A DNA stretch of 55,523 nucleotides, counting the filler, from Candidatus Woesearchaeota archaeon (GTDB lineage Archaea > Nanobdellota > Nanobdellia > Woesearchaeales > JACPBO01): the NCBI GenBank assembly GCA_016180285.1. It is 5 parts of 5 records of this genome, joined end to end, with 100 filler letters (N's around TTAATTAATTAA, not from the genome) between each part and the next. Parts side by side here need not be neighbours in the genome. Positions count along the whole stretch, not along the records: positions 46,803 to 55,523 come from JACPBO010000012.1; 4 more parts are not named here. One strand, given 5' to 3'. A program made the position numbers and the translations under genes. This document shows, piece by piece, positions 48,254 to 55,523 of this stretch. Under the pieces are notes generated by a model. That model ran no database searches, was not told the DNA's origin, and saw only the letters and a program-made list of their open reading frames with translations. Position 1 is the stretch's first letter; the number at the start of each line of letters is the position of its first letter.

Positions 48254-48575
48254 ATGTTTATAATAGAAAGCTTATTTATGAAGTTTTCTATTTCATTAGA
48301 AAGCTTTTAACACACCAATTCAAAGCCATTATCACTTCTGATATCAATATCAGCAGTTGAGAGCCTAGTATCGCAAAGCTTGTAAAGCACCATATATTCC
48401 AAAAAATCTAATATTGAAACAGCCAAACATATAGGCAGCGGCAGCTAAAAATACTATTTTTAACATTTACCTCTTATTTGGCTTCATATTGAGAATCCTA
48501 TGCAAAGTAATGCAACACCAATAAACAATGATGTTCTGGATTTCTGTGAAAAGTACGATCTCAATATTGATTCTA

Positions 48576-49247
48576 CTAGAAAGCCGTCCTTATAACAAAC
48601 CATATCACCCTTAAAAAAACAAGAACAGGCAATGGCCTTGATTTGACAATGATCTTCCCTTTTTTTATCGCTGCAATAACAGAATTTACATCTTTTTTTG
48701 AATCAATCAAAGAATAAGTATAATTCATCTGCCACAGCCTGTGAAGATCAGAATTCCCAACAAGAGGCAGCTTAAACTTGTGCGCAAGCTTTACAGCTTT
48801 TTTATTAAAGTTTAAAAATTTAGTGTAAAAATGGCAGAATTCAATTCCGTCAAAGCATTCCCTGTTTTTTACAAGCTTTGAAAAGAGCGAGATAAAATGA
48901 TGGTGCGGCAGGAATGGATGCGGCGCAATAACAAGATTGTTTTTTCTTTTCAGTTTTTTTAAATCGCTGAAAGTTTTTATTTTCTTGATTTCACTGTCTT
49001 TAAAATTATACAATAAAGCCTCTTTTCCTTCAATTAAAATCTCTGCGCCAGGCACCAATAAAATCCCTTTCTTAGCGGCATAATCCGCAATTTCCTTGCT
49101 GTAATATAGCTGCCTGTGATGCGTTATTGCCAAAACCTCAAATCCGAGTTCAGAAGCATAATCAATCAGTTCTTTCGGAGAATATTTTATATAACATCTG
49201 TCTATAGGGTCTTTATCCGTATGAATATGCAAATCCGCTTTGAGCAT
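48576..49247 (-). CDS. PHP-domain phosphoesterase
   Basis: DLHIHT, AITHH, PGAE, APHP, GNSDLH. Confidence 0.9.
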   Translation of the reverse strand: MLKADLHIHTDKDPIDRCYIKYSPKELIDYASELGFEVLAITHHRQLYYSKEIADYAAKKGILLVPGAEILIEGKEALLYNFKDSEIKKIKTFSDLKKLKRKNNLVIAPHPFLPHHHFISLFSKLVKNRECFDGIEFCHFYTKFLNFNKKAVKLAHKFKLPLVGNSDLHRLWQMNYTYSLIDSKKDVNSVIAAIKKGKIIVKSRPLPVLVFLRVIWFVIRTAF

Positions 49248-49299
49248 TTACGCATAAAAAAAGAAAAAGTTATTAAATGTTGGCTTTTTTACATGCATC

Positions 49300-50499
49300 A
49301 TGTTAGTTGGGGTAGTTGGAAAGGCCAACGTTGGAAAGAGCACTTTTTTTAAGGCTGCTACTTTGGCAGAGGTTGAAATAGCAAATTACCCTTTCGCAAC
49401 AATAAGGCCGAACAGCGGAGTCGGCTATGTGAAAATAGACTGCGCAGACAAATTTTTTAACACGCAATGCAACCCGAGAGAGGGATTCTGCATAGAGCAT
49501 AAGCGCTTTGTGCCTGTGCAGCTGATTGATGTTGCCGGGCTTGTTCCTGGCGCGCATGAAGGCAAAGGCATGGGCAACCAGTTCCTTGATGATTTAAGGC
49601 AGGCGGATGTCCTGATACATGTTGTTGATATTGCCGGCACAACAAACGAAAAAGGAGAGCCGATAGAGACTTTGTCATATGATCCTGCAAAAGACATAAG
49701 ATTCCTTGAAGAAGAGCTGGATTTCTGGATTTTAAGATTAATAAAAAAAGGATGGGATAAATTTGCGCGGACAACTCAGCAGACTCATGGAGAGCTTAAC
49801 AAGGCAATAACAAGCCATCTTTCAGGGCTGAATGTAAAGGAAGAATTGGTTAAGGAAATAATTGGCGGATTTGGATTGGCTGATAAGAGCCTGGTGGAAT
49901 GGGGCGAGGAAGACTTGGTGAGAATTGCTTCTGAAATCAGAAGAAAAACCAAGCCCATGATAATTGCCTGCAACAAAATAGACATTCCCGGCGCAGATGA
50001 AAATTTTAGAAGAATGCAGCAGGAATTCCCCGATAGGATGCTTGTAAGATGCAGCGCAGACTCAGAGCTTGCATTGAGGGAAGCTGCAAAGCATGGCCTG
50101 ATCAGTTATATTCCGGGAGAAAAAAAATTCGGGATGAAAGAAAGCGCAAATCTGTCTGAAAAGCAGAAAGCTGCATTGAATTTTATAAAAACAAATGTTC
50201 TTGATAAATATGGCTCAACAGGAGTGCAGGATGTTTTAGACAAGGCTGTGTTTGATGTTCTGAAATACATCCCGATCTTCCCCGGAGGGGTTAATAAGCT
50301 GGCTGACCAGAAAGGGAATATCATGCCGGATTGCTTCCTGCTTCCTGGAAATTCAACGGCGCTTGACTTCGCTTACAGGCTCCATACAGATTTCGGAAAC
50401 AAGTTTATACGCGCAATAGACGTAAAGACAAAGCTGACTGTCGGCAAGGATCACAGGCTCAAGCCAGGGGATGTTATAGAGATTGTTGCGGATAAATAG
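49300..50499 (+). CDS. ychF: Obg-family YchF-like ATPase/GTPase
   Basis: GKANVGKST, NYPFATI, DVAGLVPGA, NKID, C-terminal TGS domain. Confidence 0.93.
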   Translation: MLVGVVGKANVGKSTFFKAATLAEVEIANYPFATIRPNSGVGYVKIDCADKFFNTQCNPREGFCIEHKRFVPVQLIDVAGLVPGAHEGKGMGNQFLDDLRQADVLIHVVDIAGTTNEKGEPIETLSYDPAKDIRFLEEELDFWILRLIKKGWDKFARTTQQTHGELNKAITSHLSGLNVKEELVKEIIGGFGLADKSLVEWGEEDLVRIASEIRRKTKPMIIACNKIDIPGADENFRRMQQEFPDRMLVRCSADSELALREAAKHGLISYIPGEKKFGMKESANLSEKQKAALNFIKTNVLDKYGSTGVQDVLDKAVFDVLKYIPIFPGGVNKLADQKGNIMPDCFLLPGNSTALDFAYRLHTDFGNKFIRAIDVKTKLTVGKDHRLKPGDVIEIVADK

Positions 50500-50564
50500 C
50501 TGCATGACTTTAGTAAGAAGTTTATGAAGGTATACTGGGTATACCGAGTATACTAATTAAAACT

Positions 50565-50963
50565 TTATTTCTTCCCTTCCATCCTGCTTCTTAGTCTTTT
50601 AAAGCTTTCCATGACATCAATCATATACTTCCCTTCTTCAAGCTTGAAGATCAAAGGCTCGCCCTTGAACAGATGCACCAGATCCAGCTCGTATTTTCCG
50701 GGCGTTACAATCCTTATGCTTTCAAGGTCAAGTACAACAGGCTGGTCTTTGTCAATTTCGCTTCCGACAAGGTCAAAAACATCTCGTTCAATCTGCATCT
50801 TCTCATCTTTGGATAAATGAACGCTGCTTGTCAGCTTTTTGACTTCGTCAAGCTTTTCTTTCTTGATATAAAAGAATAATCTTCCCCCGCATTTGCAGCC
50901 TTTCAGGATCTCAGCAGAGCCGTCTTCATAGAATGTGTTGCATCTTACGCATTGATGGGGCAT
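50565..50963 (-). CDS. oapC: Zn-ribbon protein OapC (DUF2072)
   Basis: MPHQCVRC...ILKGCKCGGRLFFY, ESIRIVTPGKYELDL. Confidence 0.88.
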   Translation of the reverse strand: MPHQCVRCNTFYEDGSAEILKGCKCGGRLFFYIKKEKLDEVKKLTSSVHLSKDEKMQIERDVFDLVGSEIDKDQPVVLDLESIRIVTPGKYELDLVHLFKGEPLIFKLEEGKYMIDVMESFKRLRSRMEGKK

Positions 50964-50965
50964 CT

Positions 50966-51349
50966 TTATCTTTTCTTTTTCTTCAGATCCTGTGTGAACA
51001 GCTGTATCTTGTCAGGATCTTTCTTGATTTCCTTTACAATATTCGCAGGGCCTATGACAGTCAAGCCCTGCCTGTCGCCTAGCAGCGCATTTGCCAGGCC
51101 AACCTTAACCTTATCAAACATTGCAGCTTTCTTTTCTTCCGGGTTAATGACAGCAAGCTCTATTCCCTTGAAATCAGCGTTTATCTCTTCCATTGTGGCT
51201 TTGATAAGCTCAGCTTCCTCTTCCTTTTTTAATCTTCCCTGCAGCAGAACAATCTTGTTTTCTTTTGCAATATTCAAAAGCTTCCTGATTCTGCCCAGTG
51301 AACTTAAGCTCGCTATTTCGCCGTAAGGCACGATTTGTAATGTTAACAT
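50966..51349 (-). CDS. oapB: OapB (DUF2073)
   Basis: EEAELIKATMEEI..FKGIE, GLTVIGPAN. Confidence 0.88.
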   Translation of the reverse strand: MLTLQIVPYGEIASLSSLGRIRKLLNIAKENKIVLLQGRLKKEEEAELIKATMEEINADFKGIELAVINPEEKKAAMFDKVKVGLANALLGDRQGLTVIGPANIVKEIKKDPDKIQLFTQDLKKKKR

Positions 51350-51361
51350 TTAACCTCTTTT

Positions 51362-51994
51362 TTATCCTGCTATTTTAAACAATGCTTCATAAAACTCATC
51401 TAAGTTGTTTCCATATTTTGCAGATATGCCCACAATGCTGTATTGCGGGAATGCCGCCTGTATTTTCTTTACATTCGCTTTCTTCAGGTCAATCTTATTG
51501 GCGACAAGCAGCACAGGAATATCCCTTGCCTGCAAATTCCCAATTATTGTTATATTAACCTGGCTGTAAGGGTCTATTGTTGAATCAAGAACAACAATCA
51601 CAATATCCATTTCATCGAGCCATTTTATTGAGTCTATGACGCCTTTTGTGGCTTCTTTTGCCCTTTGCTTTGCCTCAGTTTCCTTTAATCCTGCTTTCAT
51701 GAAATCTTCATAGTCTATTTTGGTTGCAATTCCCGGCGTGTCAACAAGATTGAAGCTTAACTCCTTGCCTTTTGACTTGATATTGATCTGCTCCTTTATC
51801 TGTATCTCTCTTGTTTCATGCGCAATGTTAGAAACAGTCCCCATGTCCTCTCCGAGCCAGTCCTGGCAGATCTTGTTTGCCAAAGTTGTCTTGCCGCTGT
51901 TCGGAGGCCCATAAAGACCCAGCTTTACATGCTTCTTTTTCTTGAACAAGCTATTAAGAACCCTGTTTATGAACCGCTTTATTGCACCGATCAT
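51362..51994 (-). CDS. oapA: Era-like GTPase OapA
   Basis: YGPPNSGKTTLAN, HETR, DTPG, ANKID; first gene of the oapABC triad. Confidence 0.9.
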   Translation of the reverse strand: MIGAIKRFINRVLNSLFKKKKHVKLGLYGPPNSGKTTLANKICQDWLGEDMGTVSNIAHETREIQIKEQINIKSKGKELSFNLVDTPGIATKIDYEDFMKAGLKETEAKQRAKEATKGVIDSIKWLDEMDIVIVVLDSTIDPYSQVNITIIGNLQARDIPVLLVANKIDLKKANVKKIQAAFPQYSIVGISAKYGNNLDEFYEALFKIAG

Positions 51995-52185
51995 TGAGCA
52001 CCGCTTTTTATTATGATTTATTTTAATTTATTTGTTTAATTTATATACTTTTCGATTAATTTTTGTTAAATGCAATTCAAGAACCCACTAGCTCCGATAC
52101 TTAACTGTAAAATTTGTTGAGAGAACATATTTTTCTTAACTTTTTCTTAACTTGATTTAAATATAACTTGTATTTATTATTAAGT

Positions 52186-52458
52186 ATGGACTGGAATAAA
52201 TTTGCGTGGTTAAATAGAGGGGGTAGGAGAAAGAAGATTCTTTCATTATTGCAAAATTCAAATAGGCCACTTACAATTAAAGAAATTAAAAATAATGCAC
52301 AGATTGCAATATCACAAGCTTCAGTAACTATTTCTGAATTATATCAGCAAGGATTAATCTCCTGTAAAAACCCTAATGATAAAATCGGAAAGCTATACGA
52401 GATTAATAAAATGGGTAAAGAATTGTTAAATATATTGGAACAGAACAAGAATGATTAG
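52186..52458 (+). CDS. wHTH regulator leading the restriction gene (controller-like)
   Basis: RRKKILSLL...LTIKEI...ISQASVTISEL...YEINKMG; overlaps the REase start. Confidence 0.8.
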   Translation: MDWNKFAWLNRGGRRKKILSLLQNSNRPLTIKEIKNNAQIAISQASVTISELYQQGLISCKNPNDKIGKLYEINKMGKELLNILEQNKND

Positions 52459-53302
52459 GAAAATCATGAAAGACTTAAAAATTGTCAAAGGAATGAAGAA
52501 ATATTGTGAATACTTTGATTTACCATTATCGCATCTTGTAGAAATAATGAGTGACTTAAAAGTAATTCCCATGTTGAGAGGCAAAGGATTCGAATTTACA
52601 GTTTCTGATTTTCTAAAAGAGAATTTATCTTCTGAAAAATGGATTATTTCAAATCCAAATATTAATGCACAATCTGAAGTTCATGATGTGGACGTATATG
52701 TTATCAGAAAAAAAGATAATAAACAGATTAGAATTGAATGTAAACTTGCAGGCAAGGATTCTTTTGATAGAGATATTGATAACCTCACATTTAAAGTTAA
52801 ATGTATGCGAAGTAGAACAATAAGCGATAATGAGGTAGCAACAAGAATGTCCAAAAAGTACGGGGTAGAAAGAAAACTGGTTTTATTTCATGCAGATAAC
52901 TACCGAGAAGATGATTTTGATTATGTAATTGCAAGTATGGGTAATTCATTTTGGACAACAAAGAACCAAAAATATGTCTTTGAATGTACTGATGATGATA
53001 AAAACATTCTCTCAAAACTGTTTCCTAAATATTTCAAGGGGGTAAAAAGTATAAATGAATTCAAAAAGAAAGTCTTTAACTTTTTGTTAATAGCACGTTC
53101 AAAAGATATTAAAGTTTCAAAAACAAATAATATACTCTGTACCAGACGTAAATGTATAAATAATGGCACTTCAACCAACTGCGGCTTTATACCTAACTAT
53201 CCACTAGTTAATTTGAAAGACGTTGCTGAGGGTAATGGTTCTTGGAAAATCCTTTCTGACTTAAACTTAGGGGATTTCTTTAATCGATTTTTAGAAAAAT
53301 GA
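52451..53302 (+). CDS. Probable type II restriction endonuclease
   Basis: RGKGFEF...HDVDV...IRIECK PD-(D/E)XK core; convergent with a DNA methylase. Confidence 0.75.
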   Translation: MIRKIMKDLKIVKGMKKYCEYFDLPLSHLVEIMSDLKVIPMLRGKGFEFTVSDFLKENLSSEKWIISNPNINAQSEVHDVDVYVIRKKDNKQIRIECKLAGKDSFDRDIDNLTFKVKCMRSRTISDNEVATRMSKKYGVERKLVLFHADNYREDDFDYVIASMGNSFWTTKNQKYVFECTDDDKNILSKLFPKYFKGVKSINEFKKKVFNFLLIARSKDIKVSKTNNILCTRRKCINNGTSTNCGFIPNYPLVNLKDVAEGNGSWKILSDLNLGDFFNRFLEK

Positions 53303-54148
53303 ATTTAGTGTTGGCTTAGAATTATTATAATTAATGATGAATATCTCTTTACCTTTATACCTTCTTCCAGTATGTTTTTTATATTTTGAATCTCCATTTT
53401 TGCTTTGGTCATCAGTTCTATAAATCATATAGTTCCATTCTTTATCCATTATTGCTTTAGCCCAAGAATAAAGTTCTTTTATTTCGCCATTATTGTCGTA
53501 AGTTAATAAAAATTTCAATCTATTAGAATTTTTCTTTAATATGTTCATTAAGCGAAGATGATCTCCTTTATTAAAAGAAAAAGCATAAAATTTATCTTGA
53601 TCTCTATTGAAATATGGGGGGTCTAAAAAAATAAATGCACCATCAGATGCATTGTTTATAACTTCTTCAAAGTCTTTGTTTAATATCTCTACATTTCTTA
53701 GTTTATCAGATATTTTAAGTAGATGACTTCTCCAATTCTCGGGCCTCATACTAAATTTATCACCATAACCCCAATAGCAATTTTTTATATTCATAATTCC
53801 TGAATATGATGTTCTATTGAGATAAAACCATCTAGCAGCTTTCTCTAGTTTATTTTTTGGTTTAAATTCATTTTTAAAAAAGGCATGTTTTTCTTTAGAA
53901 GCAGGAATACCTTTCAGAAACTCGGCCATCTTTTCAGGACAATCTCTGATATTGATCAGGCAATTTATTAATTCTGGGTCTATATCATTTAAAATATTTT
54001 TTTCAACTTTTTCTTTTGCAAAAAATATGGATGCCCCACCACACATAGGTTCAACATAACATTTATGTTTAGGTACATGTTCTAATATAAGCTTTCTTGC
54101 ATAAAATTTTCCCCCAGGATATCTAAAAGGCGAGTTTATAGCAACCAT
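53291..54148 (-). CDS. Dam-family N6-adenine DNA methyltransferase
   Basis: FRYPGGK, VEPMCGGAS, ND, FLDPPY. Confidence 0.95.
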   Translation of the reverse strand: MVAINSPFRYPGGKFYARKLILEHVPKHKCYVEPMCGGASIFFAKEKVEKNILNDIDPELINCLINIRDCPEKMAEFLKGIPASKEKHAFFKNEFKPKNKLEKAARWFYLNRTSYSGIMNIKNCYWGYGDKFSMRPENWRSHLLKISDKLRNVEILNKDFEEVINNASDGAFIFLDPPYFNRDQDKFYAFSFNKGDHLRLMNILKKNSNRLKFLLTYDNNGEIKELYSWAKAIMDKEWNYMIYRTDDQSKNGDSKYKKHTGRRYKGKEIFIINYNNSKPTLNSFF

Positions 54149-54274
54149 TTTCTTAACCTAATCGTAACTTATTATTAAGTTTATCGGTTTTAAGTCCTTA
54201 ATAATAAAGCAGGAATCTCTAGTTTATAAAATCTTGTGTTTTAATTATTTTATTTATTCTGATGTGAGTGTAAC

Positions 54275-55450
54275 TCATTTTACTTTCAAACTATCAATCA
54301 AAATATCCCTCACTTTATCCAGATCTTCCTCATTGACAGCCCTTCTCATCTGCATCCTTGCCGATGCCTTTGCAAGCCTCATCAGCCCGGCGATCAGCCT
54401 TGGCGAAACATCCATTACAAAGCTTCTTTCCCTTTCTTTCATGTCGCCTGCAAATTCAACAATCTTCTTCTGGAGATCTGTGGGGAATTCAACATCTAAT
54501 TTTTTGCAGTAGCTGATGTACTCCTTTATAAAAGAAATATCTGATGAGCTTAATTCCTTTGTTTTTTGCCTCGCCATCTTTTTTGCAATATCCATGAAGC
54601 GCCTTAATGATGGCTTTCTGATGATAAAGACAATATGAAACCTTGTCAGCAGCGCAGGCTCAAGAGGGATCTGCTTTCTTAACAGCTCAATATCTGTGCT
54701 TGTAAACCTATCTTTAAGCGGATTTGCAGTTGCCAGGACTTTCACATCAGCATTCAGCTGCATGCTTTTGCCAGCTTTGTCATAGCTTATGAATCCTTTT
54801 TCCATTGCATTGTAAAGATAGCCAAGATCATCCTTTCTTATCAGATTAAGCTCATCTATGCAGCAGATGCCGCCATTGGCTTTCGGCAGCAATCCCATGA
54901 CAAGCTCATCGCCTTTGAACATCAGCCCTAACCCGGCTCCTGAAATGCCTGATCCCAATCCAAAGCTTGCAACAGGGCTTAGCTCTGCAGCTGCTCTTAT
55001 TATGTCTGTCTTGCCAGTTGCTGGGTCGCCTAAAAGAAGAATGTGCACTCTTTCATCAGCAAACAGCTGCAGGGAAACAGCCTCCTTTATTCTGTGCAAT
55101 CCTACAATATGCGGGGCAATGATCTCAATCATCACATCAGCCGCATTTTCTGAAAATTCCTTGAATGCCTTCTTTTTGACCTGGCTGATTATCTTTTCAT
55201 TTATTTCTTTGGTAAATTCATCCTGGGAATCCTGCAGTATTGTAAAATGCCTGCGCTTTAATATTAAGTCAGAAACTCCCAGCGTGAGGCTTGAAAAAGC
55301 TGCTTTCCTTAATTTAACCAGCCTTTTCAGTTTCCTGATTTCATTGGCATAAAGAAATTCTTCAAGCTCTTCTGCCTTCTCTTTTTCCTTTTTGGATAAA
55401 GGCCTTAATAGTTTGAATAAGTCGATAAGCCACATGAGGAGAGCAAACAT
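54275..55450 (-). CDS. Short MCM-family AAA+ ATPase lacking the OB/Zn N-terminal domain
   Basis: IAPHIVG, LLLGDPATGKT, SGAGL, CCIDELN, AMEKG, ATANP, LLTRFH, SPR. Confidence 0.88.
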   Translation of the reverse strand: MFALLMWLIDLFKLLRPLSKKEKEKAEELEEFLYANEIRKLKRLVKLRKAAFSSLTLGVSDLILKRRHFTILQDSQDEFTKEINEKIISQVKKKAFKEFSENAADVMIEIIAPHIVGLHRIKEAVSLQLFADERVHILLLGDPATGKTDIIRAAAELSPVASFGLGSGISGAGLGLMFKGDELVMGLLPKANGGICCIDELNLIRKDDLGYLYNAMEKGFISYDKAGKSMQLNADVKVLATANPLKDRFTSTDIELLRKQIPLEPALLTRFHIVFIIRKPSLRRFMDIAKKMARQKTKELSSSDISFIKEYISYCKKLDVEFPTDLQKKIVEFAGDMKERERSFVMDVSPRLIAGLMRLAKASARMQMRRAVNEEDLDKVRDILIDSLKVK

Positions 55451-55523
55451 ATTGCTTATTATAAATATTTCTATTCTGGAGTGGCAATAAAGGTTTTTTT
55501 GAGAAAGATTTATATATTCAAAC

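Larger units (their letters stand above)
46946..48379. repeat. 41-bp exact direct repeat at 46946-46986 and 48339-48379
   Basis: TGATATCAATATCAGCAGTTGAGAGCCTAGTATCGCAAAGC at both positions. Confidence 0.92.

Noticed and set aside
46946..48379. DGR template/variable repeat pair
   Set aside because: The copies are identical with no adenine-specific mismatches, are only 41 bp long, and no reverse transcriptase is present.
251..55352. Many 60-165 aa ORFs antisense to or nested in identified genes (e.g. 3525-3995, 6607-7047, 23228-23707, 28545-29024, 54858-55352)
   Set aside because: Shadow ORFs with Ser/Phe/Ile-rich composition typical of the reverse strand of Lys/Glu-rich genes.
55465..55500. 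ORB-like sequence TTCTGGAGTGGCAATAAAGG upstream of the mcm-like gene
   Set aside because: Single poor match with no G-string, no partner repeat and no cdc6 in view.
1..55523. CRISPR array or cas genes
   Set aside because: No run of equal-length repeats with unique spacers and no Cas motifs seen.

Overview
Archaeal DNA, most consistent with a DPANN lineage such as Woesearchaeota (inferred from gene content: Top6B, Rio1, Dph5/Dph6, SRP54, Pth2, proteasome beta, FtsZ, OapABC, BHB-intron tRNAs, bacterial-type ThrRS and Adk). The window is not contiguous. Four 100-bp artificial linkers (44 N + TTAATTAATTAA + 44 N) join five assembly fragments, so adjacency across linkers is not biological. Most of the window is housekeeping genes, interleaved with small toxin-antitoxin-like cassettes, several truncated gene remnants, three tRNA genes and a type II R-M cassette. 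The best candidate for an undescribed system is a tightly coupled operon of at least six unannotatable genes (4420 to beyond 11201). It is built around a 1151-aa protein with about 10 tandem ~86-aa repeats, each carrying an HTH-like element with a variable putative recognition helix, and ending in a segment that resembles sigma-70 regions 2 and 3.2. Other highlights are a family of twin-hairpin intergenic elements (two copies with compensatory base changes), a three-gene microprotein operon missed by the ORF track, a tRNA-Arg with two non-canonical introns, and an AsnB-Dph6 fusion. All family assignments come from motifs read by eye; no database search was run.
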